Notes: generated by a model from the letters alone, not told the origin. DNA of 26,598 nucleotides from a virus (IMGVR_UViG_3300021961_000534:1-26598), one strand, 5' to 3'; shown: positions 1 through 6,290, counted from the stretch's first letter. Numbers and translations are program-made.

Positions 1-2
1 CC

Positions 3-95
3 ACCAACACAGCCAAAGCCAAGGGCAACAAAGCTGGTAAACAGTTTGTTGCCCAACCAAAAAAGATTGCCAAAAAAACTAGGAACTACCGCTAA
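3..95 (+). CDS. 3' end of a small basic phage protein (DUF5872-like), truncated by the window edge
   Basis: Frame 3 reads TNTAKAKGNKAGKQFVAQPKKIAKKTRNYR*. The GKQFVxQPKKIAKKT ending resembles DUF5872-type phage proteins as I recall them. Its TAA overlaps the next ATG (TAATG at 93-97). Confidence 0.6.
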   Translation, partial: TNTAKAKGNKAGKQFVAQPKKIAKKTRNYR

Positions 96-328
96 TGGCC
101 GGCAAAAAACCAGCCAAGCGTAGCACCAGCACACCCGTAGCACCCAAGGAGGACTACGGCAAGCCAACACTCTATGTTGGCCTAACCCCAGACACAAACC
201 ACGTATGCCCAGAATGTGGTAAAAAAACCAAAAGAGCCATTATTCGCGAATATAAAGGTATTCTTTTGTGCAGCAAAAATTGTGTTGCTCAAGTTAAGCG
301 CAAGGAAATAAAAACCGAAACGGTGTAA
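95..328 (+). CDS. Small basic zinc-finger protein, 77 aa
   Basis: CPECG...LCSKNC gives CxxC plus CxxxC (treble-clef-like). Translationally coupled to the upstream gene. Confidence 0.7.
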   Translation: MAGKKPAKRSTSTPVAPKEDYGKPTLYVGLTPDTNHVCPECGKKTKRAIIREYKGILLCSKNCVAQVKRKEIKTETV

Positions 329-424
329 TTTTTTATTCAGGCATCCCTTTTGCTTGATAGGTACCCCCTGTTTGTAAAAAATGAGTCAGATGGCTACGGG
401 CTGATGCCATCCATTTGCCACAGT

Positions 425-452
425 CCCTGCCCACCCCCCCTGTGTCCCCCCC
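425..452 (-). other. G-quadruplex-forming motif on the - strand (C-tract/i-motif on +)
   Basis: The + strand reads CCC-TG-CCC-A-C7-TGTGT-C7, so the - strand has four G-runs of 3 or more with 1-5 nt loops. Confidence 0.55.
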
Positions 453-513
453 TGTCTGGTTGTCTAATACATAAACCATCGCTGTCTGCGCGCGACAACA
501 GCGATTAAACGAC

Positions 514-596
514 GCTCGCTACGCTCGCGACGCTCCTATCGTCGCTTACTGATTGGCTCGTTCGCTACGCTCTCTCGCGACGCTCGCTGCGCTCGC
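514..596 (-). repeat. Three tandem GCTCGCT(A/G)CGCTCGC-type units forming GNA-capped hairpins with tandem G.A pairs on the - strand
   Basis: Units at 514-528, 556-578 (extended variant) and 582-596. The reverse complement is GC-GA-GC-GNA-GC-GA-GC. Confidence 0.7.
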
Positions 597-671
597 TACT
601 TCCCCCACCCGTGCGTCCTCCTTGCTGGTAGGTCAGCCTTCCTGCGTGGCTGGGGTATGTGGTGGTAGGTG

Positions 672-687
672 GTGTGTGTGTGTGTGT
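672..687 (+). repeat. (GT)8 dinucleotide tract
   Basis: gtgtgtgtgtgtgtgt within a G/T-rich stretch at about 620-700. Confidence 0.85.
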
Positions 688-698
688 ACAAGAGTGGT

Positions 699-738
699 GC
701 GAAACCCCTCTGCGCTATCGCTACGAAGGGGATTTCGC
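699..738. promoter_or_regulatory. Intergenic hairpin element 1
   Basis: GCGAAA-CCCCT ... AGGGG-A-TTTCGC stem with one bulge. The loop contains GCTATCGC (GC-GATA-GC on -). It ends about 15 nt upstream of the AAGGAG RBS. Confidence 0.6.
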
Positions 739-765
739 CCCTTCCTGAGACACAAGGAGAAGGTA

Positions 766-1137
766 ATGGATAGTGACATGATGTTAGGTATCCATATGTT
801 TGGCGATGTCCAAGCGTATGAACAAGAAATAGCAAATCCATGGCATCCGCTTAACAATGACCCATGCGATTATGACGAACAGACAACTGCGATGGAAGAC
901 ATTCTGATGGCAGAAACTTTGCTGGCAGAGTCGCGTGGCGTTTATGCTTTCAACCGTGAGTTGAGCGGTACTGACGCTTATGCGGACTTGATTACCTTGA
1001 TTGAAAATCATTATGGTGATTGGGCTTTCCGTGTGCTTGACCGTTACACGGTTCAGGCTCTGTGGTCGTTGGCTGATGAGTTTGGCGCTCACAATGCGCT
1101 TGAGTTCATTCAGAGTCAGGACGACGAAAATATATAA
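766..1137 (+). CDS. Hypothetical acidic early protein, 123 aa
   Basis: Start reassigned to ATG 766 (MDSDMMLG...) with AAGGAG at 754-759. The upstream extension in the ORF track runs through the repeat region. Confidence 0.75.
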   Translation: MDSDMMLGIHMFGDVQAYEQEIANPWHPLNNDPCDYDEQTTAMEDILMAETLLAESRGVYAFNRELSGTDAYADLITLIENHYGDWAFRVLDRYTVQALWSLADEFGAHNALEFIQSQDDENI

Positions 1138-1141
1138 ATCC

Positions 1142-1177
1142 GTAAACGGTGCGCGCTTCGCGGTGCGCACCGTTTAC
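1142..1177. promoter_or_regulatory. Intergenic hairpin element 2 (GCTTCGC cap)
   Basis: 13-bp perfect stem GTAAACGGTGCGC/GCGCACCGTTTAC enclosing GCTTCGC-GGT. RBS AAAGGAG follows at 1184-1190. Confidence 0.85.
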
Positions 1178-1195
1178 TTTATGAAAGGAGCAAGT

Positions 1196-1453
1196 GTGAA
1201 GGTATGGAATATGAAAAGCCCAAATAAACCGCAAGATGCGATTTATATTGGGCGCCCCAGTAAATGGGGCAACCCGTTTGTGATTGGTAAAGATGGTGAT
1301 AGGGCTTCCGTAATTCTCAAATATGAGAATTACTTGTTGAACTCACCTGAATTGCTAAAGCAATTAGGTGAGTTGCGTGGCAAAGATTTGGTTTGCTTTT
1401 GCGCACCAAATGCTTGCCACGGTGATGTAATTATAAAAATTATTAATTCGTAA
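1196..1453 (+). CDS. DUF4326 family protein, 85 aa
   Basis: Characteristic YIGRPSKWGNPF...LRGKDLVCFCAP..CHGDV motifs. GTG start 5 nt after the AAAGGAG RBS. Confidence 0.9.
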   Translation: MKVWNMKSPNKPQDAIYIGRPSKWGNPFVIGKDGDRASVILKYENYLLNSPELLKQLGELRGKDLVCFCAPNACHGDVIIKIINS

Positions 1454-1486
1454 ATGGTGCGCGTGCTTCGCGTGCGCACCATTTAC
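1450..1486. promoter_or_regulatory. Intergenic hairpin element 3 (GCTTCGC cap), paralogue of element 2
   Basis: 13-bp stem GTAAATGGTGCGC/GCGCACCATTTAC. It differs from element 2 by a compensatory C:G to T:A change and overlaps the upstream stop codon. Confidence 0.85.
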
Positions 1487-1507
1487 TTCTCAAACAGAAA
1501 GGTTGTT

Positions 1508-1879
1508 ATGAAACTTGATTTATCCAAAATTAAGCGTGTTACTCCTATCAAGAACAATTTCAAAACTAAAAGTTTTGTTCTTGATGATAACTATGAACTT
1601 GAGCGCGAAGACGAACGGCGTCAGCGTGCTTTGGACGATTATGGCATCGTTGAAGAACCTGAGTCTGATATTGCGCTAGAGATTGATATGCGCAAACAAG
1701 AACTCGGTACTGACCCCGATGAATTGCGTCCGATGCTGAATATGTCTGTTGACCCAGATTATTCAGACGCAAAGTTTGCCGACCTCGTTCCTCGGTCGGT
1801 ATCAGAAGTGCTGTGCCCAACTTGGAACCTCAGGGTTGCTCGCAACTTTGAGTGTCTCTGTGGTGCCATTCACAGGTAA
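1508..1879 (+). CDS. Hypothetical early protein with a C-terminal Cys cluster, 123 aa
   Basis: ATG 1508 after AGAAAGG. Ends ...LCPTWNLRVARNFECLCGAIHR. Confidence 0.75.
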   Translation: MKLDLSKIKRVTPIKNNFKTKSFVLDDNYELEREDERRQRALDDYGIVEEPESDIALEIDMRKQELGTDPDELRPMLNMSVDPDYSDAKFADLVPRSVSEVLCPTWNLRVARNFECLCGAIHR

Positions 1880-1888
1880 CAGCATGTT

Positions 1889-1926
1889 GGGTTTCTGCCC
1901 CCGCGTTCGCGTGGGGCAAGAAACCC
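1889..1926. promoter_or_regulatory. Intergenic hairpin element 4 (GCGTTCGC cap)
   Basis: GGGTTTCT-GCCCC-CGCGTTCGCG-T-GGGGC-A-AGAAACCC, a stem with two single-base bulges and no U-tract after it. Confidence 0.8.
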
Positions 1927-1974
1927 TCACAAGAATAAAAAACAATAACTAGATACTCTCGGAAGGAGTAAATA

Positions 1975-2298
1975 ATGTCAGATTACATTGAGTTAGTAGT
2001 AGCAGGGCTTGGTGGCTCAGGCAAAAAGTCTACGGCGGTTAATTTTACCGTTGTTGACGGTATCCGTACTTGGGCTTGGTTGCCTAACGAACTTGTGTCA
2101 GCTCACAATATCCGCGCAGGCGTGACTTTGACTGTACAAGATGTTCGTGCTTTGGGCGATGTCCAGACACAGTACGAGAAAGACGGCGAGATTTATGACC
2201 TCGTTAATCCTAAGCAACAACTATTGCTTGGCGGTCAGATGACCATTACTCAGCCAGCACTTGAGCCTATGGCAAAACTTGAAGTTGTTACTGCTTAA
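1975..2298 (+). CDS. Hypothetical beta-rich early protein, 107 aa
   Basis: Strong RBS GGAAGGAG at 1961-1968. Alternating hydrophobic strands with a WAWLP motif. Confidence 0.8.
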   Translation: MSDYIELVVAGLGGSGKKSTAVNFTVVDGIRTWAWLPNELVSAHNIRAGVTLTVQDVRALGDVQTQYEKDGEIYDLVNPKQQLLLGGQMTITQPALEPMAKLEVVTA

Positions 2299-2310
2299 CA
2301 ACTTCAATAG

Positions 2311-2351
2311 AAACAACAACAAAGGGTCCACCGGACCCTTTGTTATTGTTT
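2311..2351 (+). terminator. Hairpin, possible intrinsic terminator
   Basis: AACAAAGGGTCC-ACC-GGACCCTTTGTT 12-bp stem, extendable further, with a T-rich 3' arm, just downstream of the 2298 stop. Confidence 0.5.
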
Positions 2352-2379
2352 CAAGAACTTGGAAAACTGCGGTTTTCGT

Positions 2380-2475
2380 CATTGTCGCTATGGGTCGCTT
2401 ACGCGACGCGACAATGCCTCGTAATGGTCTGTCAAACGGGTTTGGGAAACACCAGCCCCTTTGGCAGACCGTCAC
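2380..2475 (+). other. Two further intergenic hairpins (possible structured RNA)
   Basis: CATTGTCGC...GTCGC-TTAC-GCGAC-GCGACAATG at 2380-2416, and ATGGTCTGTCAAA...TTTGGCAGACCGT at 2424-2472 with G.U pairs on +. Confidence 0.6.
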
Positions 2476-2496
2476 TTCTACTGTAGGGCTTTCTTC

Positions 2497-2553
2497 TGTT
2501 CGGGTGTCGCATTTTTTGTGTATGCCAATAATTTGTTCGGGTGTTGCAATTTT
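2497..2553 (+). repeat. Direct repeat TGTTCGGGTGTYGCA x2 upstream of the 2569 gene
   Basis: Copies at 2497-2511 and 2534-2548 (14/15 identical), each followed by a T-run. Confidence 0.75.
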
Positions 2554-2568
2554 CTTTGGAAGGAAAAT

Positions 2569-2832
2569 ATGAAACTAAAATATAATGTCAGATTGCTTGT
2601 TCAATACGAAATTGAAGCTGATTCGTTCAATGAAGCCATGTTGCGGGCTAGCAGAAATGTGATGCCCAATAATGGTGATGCCGTTCAATGGCATTATGTG
2701 GGCAAAAATGAGAAAAGATATGTGTTTGATTATCATGACATGTCTTTGACTGAAGTTGATACTTTCGGTCCAGCAGTTGAGCCTTTAACTGTTGTTCGTG
2801 AGTTTGACCCTAACCAACAAAGTTGGTCGTAA
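2569..2832 (+). CDS. Small phage protein (DpnD/PcfM-like N-terminus), 87 aa
   Basis: ATG 2569 after GGAAGGA. The YNVRLLVQYEIEADSFNEA pattern is typical of this small phage family. Confidence 0.7.
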   Translation: MKLKYNVRLLVQYEIEADSFNEAMLRASRNVMPNNGDAVQWHYVGKNEKRYVFDYHDMSLTEVDTFGPAVEPLTVVREFDPNQQSWS

Positions 2833-2833
2833 T

Positions 2834-2880
2834 GTCGGGTTTGCTTGCGCCCCCGCTTCGCGGGCGCAAGCAAACGCGAC
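2834..2880. promoter_or_regulatory. Intergenic hairpin element (GCTTCGC cap) upstream of the amidoligase
   Basis: GTCG-G-GTTTGCTTGCGCCC-CC-GCTTCGC-GGGCGCAAGCAAAC-G-CGAC, with a 14-bp perfect core stem. Confidence 0.85.
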
Positions 2881-2919
2881 TGTGTGTTTATCCATTTATA
2901 TCTAACGAAAGGAATTGTT

Positions 2920-3993
2920 ATGCCTAGAACTTTACGGTTACAAGATGCACGGCTCGCTGATGGTATTACCGAATGCGAAGCGTGTGGCGATTACGAATTT
3001 GAGCGTGGGGAGTTTGCCAATCGTTATAACGGCGATTGGGTTTGTGAAAATTGTTATAACTCGTTGTGTGAAGAAAACAATGATTATGACGGTGATGATT
3101 GGAGTTCAGACAGCGATGATGACCGCCAAGGCATCAACAGCTATAGTTACAAACCTTCACCAAGATTTTACACAATGGATGACGGTGTTATTCATGTGTC
3201 TCGCGAACACATCAGAAAAGATGTGCCGGTTTTTGGCATCGAGTTGGAAGTTGAAAATGTTGGTCAAAATTATTTAAATGACGCTGTTAGTTTCATCAAC
3301 AACAATACTGCGCCACTCATTTATCTAAAAGACGACTGCTCAATCAATCATGGTTTTGAGATTGTTTCTCATCCTATGAGTTTGGATTATTTCAAACACA
3401 TAACCATCTATAAAGAGATGTTGGATTATTTGCGCAACAACGGTTATCACGCTTGGAAAACTTCTACTTGCGGTTTACATATTCATGTTTCAAAATGTTC
3501 TTTTGTTGATGCCAAACATCAAATGAAATTTTTGTATTTCATGTTTAAAAACAAAACTGAATTAATTGGGTTTGCTGGTCGTAATTCTTCTTATGCCAAA
3601 TATGATTATGATGCTTTTGTCAACAATCAAGACAGCATTTGGGGTCCTAACAAACCTAATCTAATTGAAATTGTTAAGGGTATTCAAAAGAACGGCAACT
3701 ATGTGCCGCACCCTTACGAACGCAATCTTGCTGTCAATCGTATGGGTGAGCATACTCACGAGTTGCGTATTTTCAGACCTTCGTTGCGTTTTGACACGGT
3801 TTTGGCGTACATGGAGTTTGTTGAGTGTTTGTTTATGTATACCAAACAGGTTACTTCTAATGAAATTCTGAAACATGACGGTTTGAAGTTTGATGCTTTG
3901 ATTCGTTTTGCTATGTCGCAGGGCGACCGGTATTCAACTTTTATTGGTCGTGTTATTAAGCGTAAGGTCCTTGAACAGAAAGAAGGTAAGTGA
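2920..3993 (+). CDS. Putative amidoligase (glutamine synthetase-like COOH-NH2 ligase, Amidoligase_2-type) with N-terminal Zn finger, 357 aa
   Basis: Motifs FGIELEVE, KDDCSI, GFEIVSHP, TCGLHIHVS, AVN and ELRIFR. N-terminal CEAC...CENC. RBS GAAAGGA, ATG 2920. Confidence 0.88.
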   Translation: MPRTLRLQDARLADGITECEACGDYEFERGEFANRYNGDWVCENCYNSLCEENNDYDGDDWSSDSDDDRQGINSYSYKPSPRFYTMDDGVIHVSREHIRKDVPVFGIELEVENVGQNYLNDAVSFINNNTAPLIYLKDDCSINHGFEIVSHPMSLDYFKHITIYKEMLDYLRNNGYHAWKTSTCGLHIHVSKCSFVDAKHQMKFLYFMFKNKTELIGFAGRNSSYAKYDYDAFVNNQDSIWGPNKPNLIEIVKGIQKNGNYVPHPYERNLAVNRMGEHTHELRIFRPSLRFDTVLAYMEFVECLFMYTKQVTSNEILKHDGLKFDALIRFAMSQGDRYSTFIGRVIKRKVLEQKEGK

Positions 3994-3994
3994 T

Positions 3995-5035
3995 ATGTGT
4001 TTGTTAACTTTTATGCCACCCAATGTTGATATGGATTATGAGCGGGCTAAAACTGCTGCTAAAGCTAATCCTGACGGTTTTGGTTTCGCTATTCATGCTG
4101 GTGTTGCAATTATCAAAGACCATGATATGAATTTTGATAAGTTGTGGCTTCGTTGGTGTGATGTGCGTAAAACATATCGTGGTGCTGCGTTGTTCCATTT
4201 CCGTATTGCCACTCATGGCAATACGGATTTGGGCAACTGTCATCCGTTTGATGTTGACAACAATCCGCGTAGTGTCTTGGCGCATAACGGCATGTTGCCT
4301 TTGACTATGCCAGTCAATGACCATCGTTCGGACACAAAGCTGTTTGCCGAAATTGTGTTGCCACATATTGGTGGTGTTAAAGCTTTAGATGACAAAAATT
4401 TCTTTGATGATGTTGGTCGTTGGGCTTCTGGTAACAAAATGGTTATTTTGACTGTTGAAGAAAATGTTGAACGCGATTGGTATATCATCAATGAAAATTT
4501 GGGTCATTGGGATGCGGGTGTTTGGTGGTCTAATAGTTCGTATAAGGCTTTCAGTTATATGCGAACGCCTATGGGTTATCCAAGTTATTCAAACAGTCGT
4601 GGTATGTATGGTGGCAATCCTTACAAAAGTGGTTGGGACGATTACGACTACGACGATGATTATGAATGGGTAAGGCAACCACATTCTTTGGCTGAAGATG
4701 ATGATTTTACTTGGACGCAAGAAGATGAATTAGATTTAATCGAAGACGAGTTGTATCCAACCGGAAAAGCCTTTGAGAAAATTTGTGTGTTTACAGATTT
4801 TTCCAATGTGGAGTACGCAAGGATTACTTGTTATAACTGTGGCATTGAATATTTTGTTGATGCCATGGAGCCTGTCCCTACTCATTGTGGTGAGTGTTTG
4901 TGTTGTTTTCATTGTTCAAATACAGAAAGCTGTGAGTGTTGGGATGATTATGAATATGGTGAAAAATATATTGTTTGGAATGAAAAAGAAGGGACTATTT
5001 CTTATGAAGCAAAATCTAAGCAACAAGCGTCGTAA
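3995..5035 (+). CDS. Class II (Ntn) glutamine amidotransferase with acidic linker and Cys-rich C-terminus, 346 aa
   Basis: Starts MC (N-terminal nucleophile Cys). Motifs NPDGFG, HFRIATHG, NCHPF, AHNG and SDT. Confidence 0.9.
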   Translation: MCLLTFMPPNVDMDYERAKTAAKANPDGFGFAIHAGVAIIKDHDMNFDKLWLRWCDVRKTYRGAALFHFRIATHGNTDLGNCHPFDVDNNPRSVLAHNGMLPLTMPVNDHRSDTKLFAEIVLPHIGGVKALDDKNFFDDVGRWASGNKMVILTVEENVERDWYIINENLGHWDAGVWWSNSSYKAFSYMRTPMGYPSYSNSRGMYGGNPYKSGWDDYDYDDDYEWVRQPHSLAEDDDFTWTQEDELDLIEDELYPTGKAFEKICVFTDFSNVEYARITCYNCGIEYFVDAMEPVPTHCGECLCCFHCSNTESCECWDDYEYGEKYIVWNEKEGTISYEAKSKQQAS

Positions 5036-5039
5036 AAAA

Positions 5040-5150
5040 ATGAAAAGAAAAGTTAAACGCAAAGATGTTGGTTGGGAAGAAGTTCTTGCCGAAATAACTA
5101 AGTATGAAATTTTATTGGCTAAAGAAAAAGAAAGGAATGGTAAAAAATGA
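5040..5150 (+). CDS. Small basic hypothetical protein, 36 aa
   Basis: MKRKVKRKDVGWEEVLAEITKYEILLAKEKERNGKK fills the gap and has an ATGA overlap with the next gene. Confidence 0.45.
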   Translation: MKRKVKRKDVGWEEVLAEITKYEILLAKEKERNGKK

Positions 5151-5545
5151 GTATCAGACTTGTGACTGAAGATGTATTGCGCTTGGATGTTGATGTAGAA
5201 ACATACAATCGTATGTTTCGTGAAATTCAACAAAAACTTGATGAACGTTATGGTGAACTAATTTCGGAGTTAATTGAATCTAAATTGACCGAAAAATTTA
5301 TTCAGCAAATTACATCTCGTATTGATTACGAAGCAATCAACTATCAAGCCGCAAACATGATGAACTATGGTCGTGTGATTGACCATGCCAAAACAGAATT
5401 AGTTGCGCATTTGTTGTCCGATGAGCGTTTCAAAACATTGGTTCAGCGTGGTTTAAATATCGCAACTGTTGGTTTGATTAATGAAACTGTTGAGCGTGTT
5501 TCCACACTCATGCAAGAAAACAATGGAATTGCAGGTGATGTCTGA
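5147..5545 (+). CDS. Hypothetical helical protein, 132 aa
   Basis: Upstream GAAAGGA, coupled stop/start at both ends. Confidence 0.75.
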   Translation: MSIRLVTEDVLRLDVDVETYNRMFREIQQKLDERYGELISELIESKLTEKFIQQITSRIDYEAINYQAANMMNYGRVIDHAKTELVAHLLSDERFKTLVQRGLNIATVGLINETVERVSTLMQENNGIAGDV

Positions 5546-5829
5546 TGTCTGTAAAAATCAAATCTTTTTCTGACGCCAAAAATTACCATAAACAATATAC
5601 AAACAAGTTAAAAATGTTAGAAAATATTAGTCCGCATATGCGGGAGTTGTTTGAGCGTATTTCTGATTCAGATTTCGGGCTCACTCTTGTGGAGTGTGCC
5701 CGTTCTGATGACCGGATGCGCATGAACGAAACAAGAATACGGCTAGATATGTTGCGTCTTGACGGACACATCATTCTGGTTGACGGTAGATATTACAACA
5801 GAGCACACATAGAAATGGAAGGTGACTGA
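5545..5829 (+). CDS. Hypothetical protein, 94 aa
   Basis: TGATG coupling with the upstream gene; tiles the operon. Confidence 0.7.
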   Translation: MSVKIKSFSDAKNYHKQYTNKLKMLENISPHMRELFERISDSDFGLTLVECARSDDRMRMNETRIRLDMLRLDGHIILVDGRYYNRAHIEMEGD

Positions 5830-5830
5830 A

Positions 5831-6289
5831 ATGAAATCAGTTATATTAGAAAAAATTATTTCGGCTGAACAAAAAATTAATTCAGTATTACAAGATTATA
5901 AAGACCCTTGGAATCTTCCAGAAGCTTCCATTTGGGTTGAAAACAAATTCAATGACATGATTTTGATTAAAAAATCGGGTGATGTTTATGATTTGTTAGC
6001 TGACCCAGCTACGGTAACTGCTGTTAAACACGCACCGTTTTTCACTATTTTGACATGCGGTTGGGCTGCGCCACTTGACGATTCAGATGTCGCCCCTTCA
6101 AAACACAAAAAGCGTCGTCGAGTTCGTTTGGTTGTTGGCGCAAGTGTTACTGGTGTTGCCAGTGTGTTGCGTTTTCAAAATAATCCTGACGAAATTGTTA
6201 CTGATGAAAATAAGGCTAAAGGTTCTTTAGCAGATGCTGTTTGGGATTTGCTGAAAGAAAAACTCAGAGCAGAAAATGAGAATAACTAA
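5831..6289 (+). CDS. Conserved-looking phage hypothetical protein (GWAAP...PSxHxxRRRVRL)
   Basis: ATG 5831 after GGAAGGTG (alternative GTG start at 5822). Distinctive GWAAPL and RRRVRLVV motifs. Confidence 0.75.
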   Translation: MKSVILEKIISAEQKINSVLQDYKDPWNLPEASIWVENKFNDMILIKKSGDVYDLLADPATVTAVKHAPFFTILTCGWAAPLDDSDVAPSKHKKRRRVRLVVGASVTGVASVLRFQNNPDEIVTDENKAKGSLADAVWDLLKEKLRAENENN

Positions 6290-6290
6290 T

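Noticed and set aside
553-765. N-terminal extension of the 553..1137 ORF
   Set aside because: It translates repeat and microsatellite sequence. A good RBS and ATG lie at 754-768.
2005-2034. GLGGSGKKS as a Walker A motif
   Set aside because: It has GKK rather than GK[ST], the protein is only 107 aa, and there is no Walker B.
2293-2360. Hairpins as bona fide integron attC sites (GCTTAAC at about 2293-2299 matches RYYYAAC)
   Set aside because: No matching GTTRRRY box or L-box spacing, and no tyrosine recombinase in the window. Only the loop motif resembles attC.
2299-2568. tRNA gene in the intergenic gaps
   Set aside because: No cloverleaf or T-loop (GTTCRA) consensus was seen in 329-765, 2299-2568 or 8046-8216.
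1142-2880. Hairpin array as a CRISPR array
   Set aside because: The repeats are not identical, the intervening segments are whole genes of several hundred nt, and there is no cas operon; the Cas4-like gene is solo and distant.
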